Shown: positions 10,411-21,234 of the stretch, piece by piece
Layout of the letters: every line of letters starts with the position of its first letter
How positions within the stretch are numbered: the stretch's first letter is position 1
DNA from: an uncultured Gammaproteobacteria bacterium
Lineage (GTDB): Bacteria > Pseudomonadota > Gammaproteobacteria > Xanthomonadales > Xanthomonadaceae
NCBI GenBank assembly: GCA_963783035.1
Contig: CAWAMC010000001.1
Coordinates: 133,410 to 197,409, forward strand
Length of the DNA stretch: 64,000 nucleotides
Direction: 5' to 3'
Made by a program: the position numbers and the translations under genes
The notes under the pieces: model-generated
What the model was told of the DNA's origin: nothing
Seen by the model: the letters and a program-made list of their open reading frames with translations, nothing else
Database searches by the model: none

Positions 10411-10731
10411 TCAATGGCGCGTCTCATCGCCGGCTTCCGGTGGCCACAGATGCAGCAGAATGCACTCGCCGTGTTCGAGCGCATCGTTGTACGCGTCGAG
10501 CGCATCGGGTTCGTCTTCGATCTCGGCAGGGTCGACTGGCGTCGGTTCGCGTTCCACGGCGACCACTTCCCATGCGGTTTCGACGAAATAACGCAACGCG
10601 GCCTCGTGAGCGGCTTCGGCGCTATCGGCGCGGATGAAGCAGACGGCGAACGCACCGCCGGTCGTCGCGAAATCCTCGCTGTGCGGGGCTGGGCGGACTT
10701 CGTATTCGATCAAATAGACCGTGATGGCCAT
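10411..10731 (-). CDS. Hypothetical acidic protein
   Basis: MAITVYLIEYEV... with a GGAGAGGGAG-like RBS upstream; lies between the two phzF paralogs. Start position uncertain. Confidence 0.6.
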   Translation of the reverse strand: MAITVYLIEYEVRPAPHSEDFATTGGAFAVCFIRADSAEAAHEAALRYFVETAWEVVAVEREPTPVDPAEIEDEPDALDAYNDALEHGECILLHLWPPEAGDETRH

Positions 10732-10873
10732 CGTGTGCGTCTCCCTCTCCATCGTCGCGACATCAATCCTTGTGGATCGTGGCCATATGCAGAGGCCGAT
10801 CCGAGCCACCTCAACACAGGAACCCTATTGTAATGACGCTGCGCCGGCGGCCGACGATCTCGACGAACGGCCA

Positions 10874-11764
10874 TCACCAAATCAATTCGCCTGCGATCAC
10901 GCGTTGGGCCGCGCCACCAATCCACACCTCGCCAGCGGCATCCACCCGCACCTCCACCCGCCCATCGCGCCCCATCTCTCGGCCTTGGCTACCGACGTAG
11001 CGGCCTTCGCGACCCGTCAAACGCCCCGCAGCGCTCAGTCGCGCGGCGATCGCGGCCTGTGCGCTGCCGGTCACGGGGTCTTCGGGAATGTTGTCGGCGG
11101 GGCAAAAGGCACGCACCGCGAGATGGTGACCATCGCGCTCATCGGCGGCATGCACGGCGAGACCGACTGCGCCGGTCGCCTCGGTCAGTGCCGCGATCGA
11201 CGCTAACGCCGGTTGCAGCGTACGTACCGCATCGGCATCGGCGAGTTCGACCAACCACCACCGAGGCCCGTTGTCCCATAGGGCACGCTCAAGCGCGCCA
11301 AGACGCATGTTCCCGGTCGCCGCATCCAGCAAGACTGGCGCCAATTCTGGCCCACCGATCCGCAGCGCCCGCGGCGCGCGCACGTGAGTCCGCCGCACAC
11401 CGTCGGCCGTTTCGATCCGCACCGGCAACAACCCTGCGGCGCACTCCTGCACCAGTGCGTGTTTGTCGCTATCGACACGACCGCTCTCCAGTACGGCCCA
11501 GGCCGCGCCGACGCTGGGGTGGCCTGCGAACGGCAGCTCCTGGCGCGGCGTGAAAATTCTCACGCGGTAATCCGCGTCGGGCACGGTCGGCGGCAACAGG
11601 AAAATGGTCTCGGACAAATTCGTCCAGGCCGCGAAGGCTTGCATCTGCGACGCGTCGAAACGCTCGCCTTCGATCACCACGCCGAGCGGGTTGCCGGCGC
11701 CGGGGCGGTCGGCGAACACGTCCAACTGCAAATACGAGAAGGTGCTCATGACGGTGGTGGGCAT
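10874..11764 (-). CDS. PhzF family isomerase/epimerase, paralog 2
   Basis: QLDVF, GNPLGVV, NLSET, ELPFAGHP, EDPVTGSA and QGREMGR motifs. Confidence 0.92.
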   Translation of the reverse strand: MPTTVMSTFSYLQLDVFADRPGAGNPLGVVIEGERFDASQMQAFAAWTNLSETIFLLPPTVPDADYRVRIFTPRQELPFAGHPSVGAAWAVLESGRVDSDKHALVQECAAGLLPVRIETADGVRRTHVRAPRALRIGGPELAPVLLDAATGNMRLGALERALWDNGPRWWLVELADADAVRTLQPALASIAALTEATGAVGLAVHAADERDGHHLAVRAFCPADNIPEDPVTGSAQAAIAARLSAAGRLTGREGRYVGSQGREMGRDGRVEVRVDAAGEVWIGGAAQRVIAGELIW

Positions 11765-12013
11765 CCGGGCGCATGGGTTCGCATAGAATGGAGCGCTAGC
11801 AAGCTGTTGAAAACAGCCTGCTAGCGCAGCCAGGGATGGCTGCGACGACGAAGCAAGCGCGTAAGCGATTGATTCGTCTGGAGCGAGTCAGGCGGTGCCT
11901 GACTCTCGACATGAAAAACGATCAGGATGATCGTTTTTCCAACAACCCGTTAAGCGCCTGCGATCCGATCGGCGCCTCGTCAGTTTACCGAACTCATCAC
12001 ACTTCATTCGCCA

Positions 12014-14607
12014 ATGCCTGACGTTCTTCCTTGGTTCGTGCTCAAGTTCGGCGGCACTTCGGTGTCGCGCCGTCATCGCTGGGACACGATCGGGCGCTTG
12101 GCGAAAAAACGGGCCGACGACCACGACGCCCGCGTGCTGGTGGTGGTGTCGGCGCTGTCGGGCGTGACCAACGAACTGCAAGCGATCGCGGACGGCAAGG
12201 ACGATCGCAGCGCGCATCGATGCGCTGGTCGAACGCCATCGTGCGTTCTGCGCCGATCTCGATCTCGATGCCGACACCGCGCTCGGCGCGCATCTCGCCG
12301 CGTTGCGCGCACTCGGCGACCGACCCGCGCGCAGCAGCGCGTCGCCTCGATTGGCAGGCCGAGGTGCTCGCCCAGGGCGAACTGCTGTCGTCCACGATCG
12401 GTGCTGCGTATCTGCGCGCGCAGGGACTGGATATCGGTTGGTGCGATGCGCGCGACTGGCTGCGTGCGGTATCGCTGCCCAATGCGAGCGACTGGGCGCA
12501 GCGCTTGTCGGTGAATTGCGATTACCAAGGCGATGCCGAGGTCCGCGCGCGATTCGCCGAACAGCCGACGCGGCTGCTGATATCGCAGGGTTTCATCGTC
12601 GCGCCACGACGATGGCGGCACCGCGATTCTCGGCCGCGGCGGTTCGGATACGTCGGCGGCGTATTTCGGCGCCTTGCTCAAGGCGCAGCGCGTGGAAATC
12701 TGGACCGACGTGCCCGGCATGTTCAGCGCCAATCCGCGCGATGTGCCCGATGCGCGTTTGCTGACGCGTTTGGATTACGCCGAAGCGCAGGAAATCGCCA
12801 CCACCGGCGCGAAAGTGCTGCATCCGCGTTCGATCGCGCCCTGTCGCGATGCGGGCGTGCCGCTGGTCATCCTCGATACCGAGCGTACCGAACTGCCCGG
12901 CACCCGCATCGACGCCAGCGCTGCGACCGTGCCGGGCGTGAAGGCGATCAGTCGCCGCAACGGCATCGTGCTGGTGTCGATGGAAACCATCGGCATGTGG
13001 CAGCAGGTCGGCTTCCTCGCCGACGTGTTCGAGCGCTTCAAGCGGCATGGTCTGTCGATCGACTTGATCGGTTCGTCCGAAACCAACGTCACCGTCTCGC
13101 TCGACCCCAGCGAGAATCTGGTGAGTACCGACGTGCTCGCCGAACTGTCGGCCGATTTGGCGCATGTTTGTCGCGTTAAAGTCATCGCGCCGTGCGCGGC
13201 GATCACGCTGGTCGGCCGCGGCATGCGTTCGCTGCTTGCACAAATTGTCGGACGTGTGGGCGACCTTCGGTCAGGAACGCGTGCATCTGATTTCGCAGTC
13301 TTCCAACGATCTCAATCTCACCTTCGTCATCGACGAAGCCGATGCCGACGGCTTGCTGCCGCTGTTGCACGCAGCCTTGATCGGTAGCGGTGCGATGCCG
13401 GTGCAAGACGCGGCGGTCTTCGGTCCGAGCTGGCGCGATCTGTTCGAAGACAGCGTGCATAGCGTGCGCGAAACGCCGTGGTGGCACGGCGCCGCGCGAT
13501 CGTTTGCTCGCTGCCGCCGCGCAAGGCACGCCGCGCTATGTCTACGATTTGGCCACGGTGCGTCGTCGCGCGCGTTCGCTTGCCGCAATCGATGCGATCG
13601 ATCGGCGTTTTTATGCGCTGAAAGCCAATCCGAATCGCCAGATTCTTCATGCACTGGAAGCCGAAGGCTATGGCTTCGAGTGCGTCTCGCAGGCGGAAGT
13701 CGAGCACGTGCTGCGTGTTTTCCCTGGCATCGATCGCAGTCGGGTCCTCTTCACGCCGAGCTTCGCACCGCGCGCCGAATACGAGGCCGCGATCGAGCAG
13801 GGTGTGAACGTCACCGTCGATAGCATCGAAGCCCTGCAGCATTGGCCCGACACGTTCCGCAATCGCACGTTCTGGCTGCGCGTCGACTTGGGCCGCGGCG
13901 ACGGCCATCACGCGAAAGTGCGCACCGGCGGGCACGAATCTAAATTCGGATTGCCCTTGAGCAAAATCGATGCATTCGTCGACGAAGCGCGACGCCTCGG
14001 CGCGCGTATCGTCGGTCTGCATGCGCATCTGGGCAGCGGCATCGAAACGCCCGCGCATTGGCGCGCGGTGTATGCCGAACTCGCCGGTATCGCCGACGAC
14101 ATCGGCACGGTCGCGACGATCGATATCGGTGGCGGTTTACCGATTCCCTATCGCCCCGAAGATCGCGCCTTCGATCTCGACGCCTGGGCGGCGGGTCTCG
14201 CCGACATCAAGGCTGCGTATGCGCGTTATGCGCTCGCGATCGAACCAGGGCGTTATCTCGTCGCAGAAGCCGGTGTGCTGCTGCTACGCACGACGCAAGT
14301 GATCGAAAAAGACGGCGTGCGCCGCGTCGGCGCCGATGCCGGCATGAACGCGCTGATGCGTCCCGCGATGTACGACGCGTGGCACGGCATCCACAATTTG
14401 TCGCGCTTGGGCGACGAGAACACCGCGATTTTCGATGTCGTCGGTCCGATCTGCGAATCCAGCGATGTCATCGGCTTGCAGCGCGCCTTGCCCGCAGCGA
14501 CCGCGGAAGGCGATGTGTTGTTGATCGCCGATGCGGGTGCTTATGGGATGAGTATGGCGAACGGCTACAACCTGCGGGCGTTGCCGGTGGAGGAGGTGTT
14601 CGAGTGA
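12014..14607 (+). CDS. lysA: Bifunctional aspartate kinase / diaminopimelate decarboxylase (about 4 frameshifts)
   Basis: VLKFGGTSV, LGRGGSDTSA and IWTDVPG (kinase plus ACT domains), then YALKAN, HLGSG, EPGRY and GPICES (DAP decarboxylase), spread over four ORFs. Confidence 0.9.
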
Positions 14608-14756
14608 ACGAATGCAGTGCGCTGATTTTCTCGAGTGCGGTCGCGATGGTGGGGTTTGTCGTGACCGGATTGCTTGCATTCGTCGTCGAACATCTTCTCG
14701 TTCACTTCGTTCGCAGTCATTTCAGCGCTGCCACTATGAACGAGACGCTCGGATGA
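14604..14756 (+). CDS. 50-aa hydrophobic ORF, probable truncated paralog of the next gene
   Basis: GTGA and ATGA overlaps on both sides. Its LAFVVEHLLVHFVRS resembles ALFVEYIVVRLVRS at the end of 14753..15235. Confidence 0.45.
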   Translation: MNECSALIFSSAVAMVGFVVTGLLAFVVEHLLVHFVRSHFSAATMNETLG

Positions 14757-15235
14757 ACGCACGCGGAGCATTGGTTCTCGGTAGCGCACTAGCAGCATTA
14801 GTCGTTGTCATGCCTCTTCTTTGGCTGCTGAACACGGCCGACTCCGAGCGTGCGCCAGCGAGCGCAGAATGGATCGCACATTTGCGATTGGCCTTGCCCG
14901 CGATGATCGCCGTCGGGCTATCGGCGTGGTGGCATTCGCGCGAGAATCGTGCCGTCGACAGCGAGGAGTTGACCTTGTCCTCGCGGATCACCTGGTGGTC
15001 GTTTCCGATCTTCGCGATGATTCTTATCGTCATCATAGGGCTTGAAGAGGCGATATTTGTCGAGCGGGTTGCCGGGTTGGCAGGTGATCTTGCGATGATG
15101 TCGATGGTCCTCTTCGTTGGCGTCATGCTTGCATCCATCGTTTTGTTCCTACCTGCACTTTTTGTCGAGTACATCGTCGTTCGCTTGGTGCGCTCGAATC
15201 CAGTGCGCACATTGTTGTCTGGAGTGGATCCGTGA
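14753..15235 (+). CDS. Hypothetical 4-TM membrane protein
   Basis: Four hydrophobic segments; translationally coupled to murL. Confidence 0.65.
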   Translation: MNARGALVLGSALAALVVVMPLLWLLNTADSERAPASAEWIAHLRLALPAMIAVGLSAWWHSRENRAVDSEELTLSSRITWWSFPIFAMILIVIIGLEEAIFVERVAGLAGDLAMMSMVLFVGVMLASIVLFLPALFVEYIVVRLVRSNPVRTLLSGVDP

Positions 15236-16651
15236 GTTCCGAAGCCGTATTGAATTTCCAACGCGACGCGATTCGCGCGTTCCGTTTCGTTCGTTGCGAG
15301 TTCGATGCGCAAACTGGCATCGCGCGTTTGGTTTACGCCTTCGATGATGGCCCGGAGCTGACCGAAACCGTCACCGTGCCCGGCGCACCGTTTGAATTGG
15401 ATGCTGCGCGCACCGCAGCAGTTGAGCGCGCGTTGCGTTTGTTGCACCTGATCGCGGGTGTCAGTTATTACAAAGCCGCAGTGCCGCCGGAAATTCGCAT
15501 CGACAGCTACACGATCGATGCCGAAACCGCCGAGCTACTCGAAACGATTTATCTCAACGGCTTGGGCGAGTTCGCATATCGCAATGGTTTGAATCTGCAC
15601 GGCAAGATCGTGTTTCCCGTAGCCCGGGTAAGCGAAGCGCACCCGGGAAGAACCACCTCAACCCCGGGTGCGGCCCCTGGCCTTACCCGGGCTACGTCTG
15701 CTGGGTCTGCGCGAACACGCTTTGGTCGCCATCGGCGGCGGCAAAGATTCGCTTGTCAGCATCGAAGCGCTGCGCAGTCTCGGCGTTGAACAAACGGTGA
15801 CGTGGATCGGCGGTTCGCAGCTCATCAAGGCCTGCGCCGAACGCACTGGCTTGCCGACGCTCAATCTCGGCCGCCAACTCGCGCCGGAATTATTCGAATA
15901 CAACCGCCTCGGCGCATGGAACGGACATATTCCGGTGACGGCGGTGAATTCCGCGATCCTGGTCTTCGCTGCGCTGTTGCATGGCGTGGATCAAGTGGTG
16001 TTCTCCAACGAGCGTTCGGCCAGTTACGGCAGCATCATTCCCGGCACCGGCGAAGTGAATCACCAGTGGTCCAAAGGCTGGGCGTTCGAGCGCGCGTTCG
16101 GCGATTACGTGCAGGCGCATGTCGCCGCCGATTTGAAGTATTACTCGCTGCTGCGCCCGCTCAGCGAGCTTGCGGTGGCGCGACAGTTCGCGAAATCCGA
16201 TCGCTACGATGCGCACTTCTCGAGCTGCAATCGCAATTTCCATATTCTCGGCGAGCGCCCGGTGAATCGCTGGTGCGGCGTTTGCCCGAAATGCCATTTC
16301 GTATTCCTGGCGTTAGCGCCGTTCATGCCGAAACCGCGCTTGGTCGGTATTTTCGGACGCAATTTGCTCGACGATCCAGCGCAGATTCCGGGCTACGACG
16401 CGTTGCTGGAATTCCAGGATCACAAGCCGTTCGAGTGCGTCGGCGAAGGACGCGAATCGCGCGCGGCGATGGCGGCATTGGCCGAACGGCCCGAATGGCG
16501 CGAAGACGAGATCGTCGAACGCTTCGTGCGCGAGATTCGTCCGCAATTGATCGACGACGATCTTCGCATCGAAGCATTGATGACGATCGACGACGAGCAC
16601 AGAATTCCTGTCGCGCTATGGAGCCGCTTGCGTGCGCAGTTCGCCGCTTAG
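15232..16651 (+). CDS. murL: UDP-MurNAc-L-Ala-L-Glu epimerase MurL (REP insertion, frameshift near 15700)
   Basis: [49 protein letters not shown] and KPFECVG motifs; adjacent to murD2. Confidence 0.9.
15618..15696. repeat. GTAG-family REP doublet (REPIN) inside murL
   Basis: CGTAGCCCGGGTAAGCGAAGCGCACCCGGG ... CCCGGGTGCGGCCCCTGGCCTTACCCGGGCTACG in inverted orientation. Confidence 0.85.
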
Positions 16652-18062
16652 AATCGATCAGCTTGCGGGTAAACGTATCGCGCTTTGGGGCTGGGGCCGC
16701 GAAGGGCGAGCGGCCTACGCGGCGTTACGCAACCGCGAAGCGGAGCTTGGTCGCTGTGAGCTCACCATATTCTGTTCGCTCGACGAGATCGATTCGATCC
16801 ACGCATTGAACGATCCGCATGTGCGCATCGAAACGGCAGCGACGGCGGAGCGTTTGTCCGCATTCGACATCGTGATCAAATCGCCCGGCATCAGCCCCTA
16901 TAAGCCAGAGGCCGTGGCCGCCGCCGAGCACGGGACGCGTTTCATCGGCGGCACCGCGCTGTGGTTCGGCGAACACGCGTCCGCGTACCCCGAGGCGCGC
17001 ACGATCTGCGTGACCGGCACCAAGGGCAAAAGCACCACCACCGCGTTGCTCGCGCATCTGCTGCGCGCAGGCGGCCACCGTACTGCACTCTGCGGCAATA
17101 TCGGTTTGCCGCTGTTGGAATTGTTGAACCGCGATGCGGATGCCGAGCCCGAGTTCTGGGCGATCGAATTATCGAGCTACCAAACGCGCGATGTCGCCGT
17201 GTCCGGCGTGCGGCCGTCGATCGCGATCGTCACAAACATCTTTCCGGAACATCTCGATTGGCACGGCAGCGAGGCGCGCTACATCGAAGACAAGCTCGCG
17301 CTATTGACGGAGGCGAAGCCGCGGATCGCGATTCTCAATCGCGCCGATCCGATCTTGGCGCGGCTCGATCTGCCGGAATCTCAACTGATCTGGTACGGGC
17401 ATGCCGAAGGCTGGCATTTGCGCGACGACACGATCTATCGCGGCGACGAGGCGATCTACGACACGCGCGACGTGCCGCTACCGGGGCGCCATAACCGCGG
17501 CAATCTGTGCGCGGTGCTCGCAGCGATCGAAGCGCTGGGCTTGAACGCTGCCGCGTTGGCGCCGCAGGCCGCGAGCTTCCAGCCGCTGCCGCACCGGCTG
17601 CAGACGCTGGGCGAACGCGAGGGCGTGGTCTACGTCAACGATTCGATCAGCACCACGCCGCACGCTACGCTCGCGGCATTGGATTGCTTTCGAGATCGCC
17701 GGGTCGCCTTGCTCGTCGGTGGGCACGACCGCGGGCTCGATTGGTCGGCGTTCGCCGACGCGATGCGCACCCATGCCCCAGCGGCGATCGTGACCCTTGG
17801 TCAGAATGGTCCGCGGATCAATGGCTTACTGGCACCGCTCGCGATGGATGGACGCTTCGCCTTGTCGTCGGCGATCGATTTGGCGGATGCCGTCGCCAAG
17901 GCCCGCGAGGCATTGGCCGATGGTGGCGTGTTGTTGCTCTCGCCGGGGGCGCCGAGTTTCGGGGCGTATCGGGATTACACCGAGCGCGGCCGACATTTCG
18001 CTGTTTTAGCGGGCTTCGACCCGCAGCGTATCGCCGCGATTCCGGGGTTGGGCATCGCTTGA
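16632..18062 (+). CDS. murD: UDP-MurNAc-L-Ala:glutamate ligase (MurD2 type)
   Basis: [36 protein letters not shown] and LSPGAPS motifs. Confidence 0.93.
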   Translation: MRSSPLRIDQLAGKRIALWGWGREGRAAYAALRNREAELGRCELTIFCSLDEIDSIHALNDPHVRIETAATAERLSAFDIVIKSPGISPYKPEAVAAAEHGTRFIGGTALWFGEHASAYPEARTICVTGTKGKSTTTALLAHLLRAGGHRTALCGNIGLPLLELLNRDADAEPEFWAIELSSYQTRDVAVSGVRPSIAIVTNIFPEHLDWHGSEARYIEDKLALLTEAKPRIAILNRADPILARLDLPESQLIWYGHAEGWHLRDDTIYRGDEAIYDTRDVPLPGRHNRGNLCAVLAAIEALGLNAAALAPQAASFQPLPHRLQTLGEREGVVYVNDSISTTPHATLAALDCFRDRRVALLVGGHDRGLDWSAFADAMRTHAPAAIVTLGQNGPRINGLLAPLAMDGRFALSSAIDLADAVAKAREALADGGVLLLSPGAPSFGAYRDYTERGRHFAVLAGFDPQRIAAIPGLGIA

Positions 18063-18184
18063 TCCGTACGAGCGGCCGTCTGCGCTGCGCGAATGGTCGC
18101 GGCGGCGCATCGAGCGGAGCGACAGTCGACACGTTTTCCGAGTAGGCTTCTCCATCCATCCACACCTCATCATGGAGTTCCATC

Positions 18185-18985
18185 ATGCGTTCGATGCGAA
18201 CGATCGGCGCTTTCGCGCTCTTTTGCGTATTTTGGTTGTCTTCGGCCTCGGCCTTCGCAGCGATGCAGGCCAAGCCGGTCGAATGGAAGCAGGGTAAACA
18301 GCGTTTCAGCGGTTTCATCGTCTATAACGACGCCACGGCGAATAAGCGTCCCGGCCTCGTGATGGTGCCGGACTGGAAAGGCGTGACGCCTGCGTCGGTC
18401 GAGAAGGCCAAGCAAGTGGCTGCGGCCGGCTATGTGGTGCTGGTTGCCGACGTCTTCGGCAAAGGCGTGCGCCCGAAAGACGATAAAGCGGCGATGGCCC
18501 TCGTGACCAAGTTGTATCAAGACCTCCCGGGCCTTCGCGCGCGCGCGGCCACGGCTCTGGACTTCCTGCGCAGCCAAGCGGCCAGCGCGCCGATCGATAC
18601 CGCGCGCATCGGTGCGTTCGGTTACTGCTTCGGCGGCAAGACCGTATTGGAACTCGCGCGCAGCGGTGCCGATCTCGCCGGCGTGGTCAGCTATCACGGC
18701 GGCCTGGACACCAAGCTCCCGGCGCAGTCCGGTGGGTTGAACGCGAGCATTTTGGTGCTCAACGGCGCCGACGACACCTACGTGCCTGCGGAACAAATCA
18801 AAAGTTTCGAGAGCGAAATGAAAGCCGCGGGCGCCGATTGGCAGTTCGTGAATTTCAGCGGCGCGGTGCATTGTTTCGCGTTGGAAAGCGCCAAGAGCCC
18901 GCCGGGTTGCGTCTACAACGAACGCGCTGCGAAGCGCGCTTTCACGATGATGAATCAGTTCTTTTTCGAACGTTTCGGCGGCTGA
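18185..18985 (+). CDS. Exported dienelactone hydrolase family protein
   Basis: Signal peptide, GYCFGG nucleophile motif, GADD and VHCF. Confidence 0.9.
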   Translation: MRSMRTIGAFALFCVFWLSSASAFAAMQAKPVEWKQGKQRFSGFIVYNDATANKRPGLVMVPDWKGVTPASVEKAKQVAAAGYVVLVADVFGKGVRPKDDKAAMALVTKLYQDLPGLRARAATALDFLRSQAASAPIDTARIGAFGYCFGGKTVLELARSGADLAGVVSYHGGLDTKLPAQSGGLNASILVLNGADDTYVPAEQIKSFESEMKAAGADWQFVNFSGAVHCFALESAKSPPGCVYNERAAKRAFTMMNQFFFERFGG

Positions 18986-19010
18986 CCGCAATCTCAGCGC
19001 AATGTTCACG

Positions 19011-19040
19011 AGAAAGCGGGCTTCGGCCCGTTTTCTTTTT
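19011..19040 (+). terminator. Intrinsic terminator
   Basis: AGAAAGCGGGC-TTCG-GCCCGTTTTCTTTTT. Confidence 0.75.
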
Positions 19041-19123
19041 CTCGAACCAAGATGTCTGGAATCGCGATTTCGAGCGGCGGTCGCGGAGGCGTTTATCGCG
19101 CGAGCGGACGGTCGAAAAACTTG

Positions 19124-19363
19124 TTACTGCCGTGAACGCTTCGAAGCATCGATCGCGCCCGCGATCGCGGCGCGCGCTTGCGGGCTGTTCTTCCAGCAGC
19201 TCGTGCCGAGCATCCCGGCGATCTGCTTCACGATGTCCTCGACCGTCGCTTCGGCGAGCGCATCCAGGGAATCGAAACCGATCTGCTCCAAACGATCGAC
19301 GACCGTCGGGCCGACGCCTTTAACCGCGAGCAAGCATTCGCGCTGATCGATGGGGAAGGGCAT
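19124..19363 (-). CDS. Small helix-hairpin-helix domain protein
   Basis: LLAVKGVGPTVVDRLEQIG HhH motif and CWKNSPQA; 79 aa; directly after ispB. Confidence 0.8.
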   Translation of the reverse strand: MPFPIDQRECLLAVKGVGPTVVDRLEQIGFDSLDALAEATVEDIVKQIAGMLGTSCWKNSPQARAAIAGAIDASKRSRQ

Positions 19364-19370
19364 CGCAGCT

Positions 19371-20411
19371 TCAGTGATCGCGACGCACTGCGTAGCGGGC
19401 GAGGCCGCGTAAGGCGGCGACGGCATCGTTTTCGTCCAAACCATCGAGCGCGCGTTCCGCTGCATCGGCGTATTCCTCGGCGCGGCTGCGGCTATACGCG
19501 ATGCCGCCGCTCGCTTCGATCGCGGCCAGCACGTCCGGTAATGCATCGATGTCGCCGTTTTCGACGATGGTGCGTAAGCGCGAACGCGTCGCCGCGTCGG
19601 CATGCAATATCGCGTGGATCAGTGGCAGCGTGGCTTTGCCTTCGGCCAGATCGTCGCCCAAATGCTTGCCTAGCGTGGCTTCGTCGGCGCTGTAATCGAG
19701 CACGTCGTCGGCGATCTGGAAGGCGTAACCCAGGGCCATACCGTAATCGTGCAAACGCTGTTGCGCGGCTTCGTCGGCACCGGCCAACAGCGCACCCAGC
19801 CGAGTCGCAGCGGCGAACAACACCGCGGTCTTGCGCTCGATCACTTTGAGATACGCCGGTTCGTCGGTGTCCGGGTTGCGGATGTGCAACAACTGCAGGA
19901 CCTCGCCTTCGGCGATGGCATTGGTGGTGTCGGCCAGAATCTTCATCACCGGCAGGCGCTCCAGTTCGACCATCAACTGGAAGCTGCGCGAGTAGAGGAA
20001 ATCGCCGACCAACACGCTGGCGGCATTTCCGAATAAGGCATTGGCGGTTTTGCGGCCGCGACGGAGGTCGGACTCGTCCACCACATCGTCGTGCAGCAGC
20101 GTCGCGGTGTGGATGAACTCGACGACAGCGGCGAGTTGATGGGCCTCAGCGCCTGTGTCCGTGCCCGGCTGCGCGGCGAAGGCTCGGCTGGCCAGCAGCA
20201 GCAGCATCGGCCGCAGGCGCTTGCCGCCTCCGGCGACGATGTGCTCGGCCACTTGATTGACCAGGACCACGTCCGAATTCAAGCGACGGCGGATCAGGGC
20301 GTCGACGGCGCGCATGTCCGCATGGGTCAATGCCTGGATCGCCGACAGATCGAGGGCCGGGCGGGCAAGCGCTGGACGGGCATGGGCTTCGGGCGCGGTG
20401 ACGGCTGACAT
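19371..20411 (-). CDS. ispB: Octaprenyl-diphosphate synthase
   Basis: GGKRLRP, LLHDDVVD..RRG, KTA, FQIADDVLD and DDLAEGK motifs. Confidence 0.93.
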   Translation of the reverse strand: MSAVTAPEAHARPALARPALDLSAIQALTHADMRAVDALIRRRLNSDVVLVNQVAEHIVAGGGKRLRPMLLLLASRAFAAQPGTDTGAEAHQLAAVVEFIHTATLLHDDVVDESDLRRGRKTANALFGNAASVLVGDFLYSRSFQLMVELERLPVMKILADTTNAIAEGEVLQLLHIRNPDTDEPAYLKVIERKTAVLFAAATRLGALLAGADEAAQQRLHDYGMALGYAFQIADDVLDYSADEATLGKHLGDDLAEGKATLPLIHAILHADAATRSRLRTIVENGDIDALPDVLAAIEASGGIAYSRSRAEEYADAAERALDGLDENDAVAALRGLARYAVRRDH

Positions 20412-20609
20412 GAACGATCCGGTCGAGCGGGGGCGCCATTATACGAGTTGACCCGCCGGTTCGGCCCCGTGGCGCCCTGGCGCCGCCCGTCTCGAACGCG
20501 ATTGCGGGGTTTTCCTACAGTGAAGCGCGGCACAAGCCGATCCGCTGGGATGGCCGGCTATAATCCAATGCTCATCGCCAATCCGGCGAATCTGTAGGAC
20601 CCACACTCC

Positions 20610-21131
20610 ATGGCACGCGGCATCAATAAGGTCATTCTGGTCGGCAACCTCGGCAACGACCCGGACACCAAATACACCCAGGGCGGCATGGCCGTCACCA
20701 CGATCAGCCTCGCCACCACCAGCGTGCGCAAGGACCGCGACGGCAATACTCAGGAACGCACCGAGTGGCACCGCGTCAAGATGTTCGGCAAGCTCGGCGA
20801 AATCGCCGCCGAATATCTGAAGAAAGGCTCGCAGGTCTACATCGAAGGCTCGATCCGTTACGACAAATACACCGGTCAGGACGGCGTCGAAAAATACAGC
20901 ACCGATATCATCGCCGACGAAATGCAAATGCTCGGTGGCCGCAGCGAAGGCGGCGGTGGCGGCGGTATGCGCACCCAACGTCAAGAAGGCGGTGACAGCC
21001 AAAGCGGCCAGCGCAGCGGCGGCGGCGGGCAACGTCAAAGCGGTGGTTACGGTGGCGGCGCCTCGCGTCAGGCACCGGCGAACAGCCCACCACAAACGGA
21101 TGATTTTTCCGACGACGATATTCCCTTCTAA
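20610..21131 (+). CDS. ssb: Single-stranded DNA-binding protein
   Basis: MARGINKVILVGNLG, TEWHRV, Gly-rich linker and DDDIPF tail. Confidence 0.97.
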   Translation: MARGINKVILVGNLGNDPDTKYTQGGMAVTTISLATTSVRKDRDGNTQERTEWHRVKMFGKLGEIAAEYLKKGSQVYIEGSIRYDKYTGQDGVEKYSTDIIADEMQMLGGRSEGGGGGGMRTQRQEGGDSQSGQRSGGGGQRQSGGYGGGASRQAPANSPPQTDDFSDDDIPF

Positions 21132-21163
21132 GGATTGTCGAGCGCTCGTTATTCGTTGACTAG

Positions 21164-21199
21164 AACGGCAGGAAATTTTGATTTCTTGCCGTTTTTTTT
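21164..21199 (+). terminator. Intrinsic terminator of ssb
   Basis: AACGGCAGGAAAT-TTTG-ATTTCTTGCCGTTTTTTTT. Confidence 0.85.
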
Positions 21200-21234
21200 G
21201 TTACGTATTGGGCGATAGGCCCTAGTAGAAGAAT

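Noticed and set aside
9394-11764. Phenazine biosynthesis cluster
   Set aside because: Only PhzF-family paralogs are present; no phzA/B/D/E/G.
12014-14607. Pseudogenisation or programmed frameshifting of lysC-lysA (also corC, phzF, gcdH, GNAT, GST, E1)
   Set aside because: Scattered single-base indels in otherwise well-conserved genes, with no evident in-frame stops or slippery-site signals, are best explained by long-read sequencing error.
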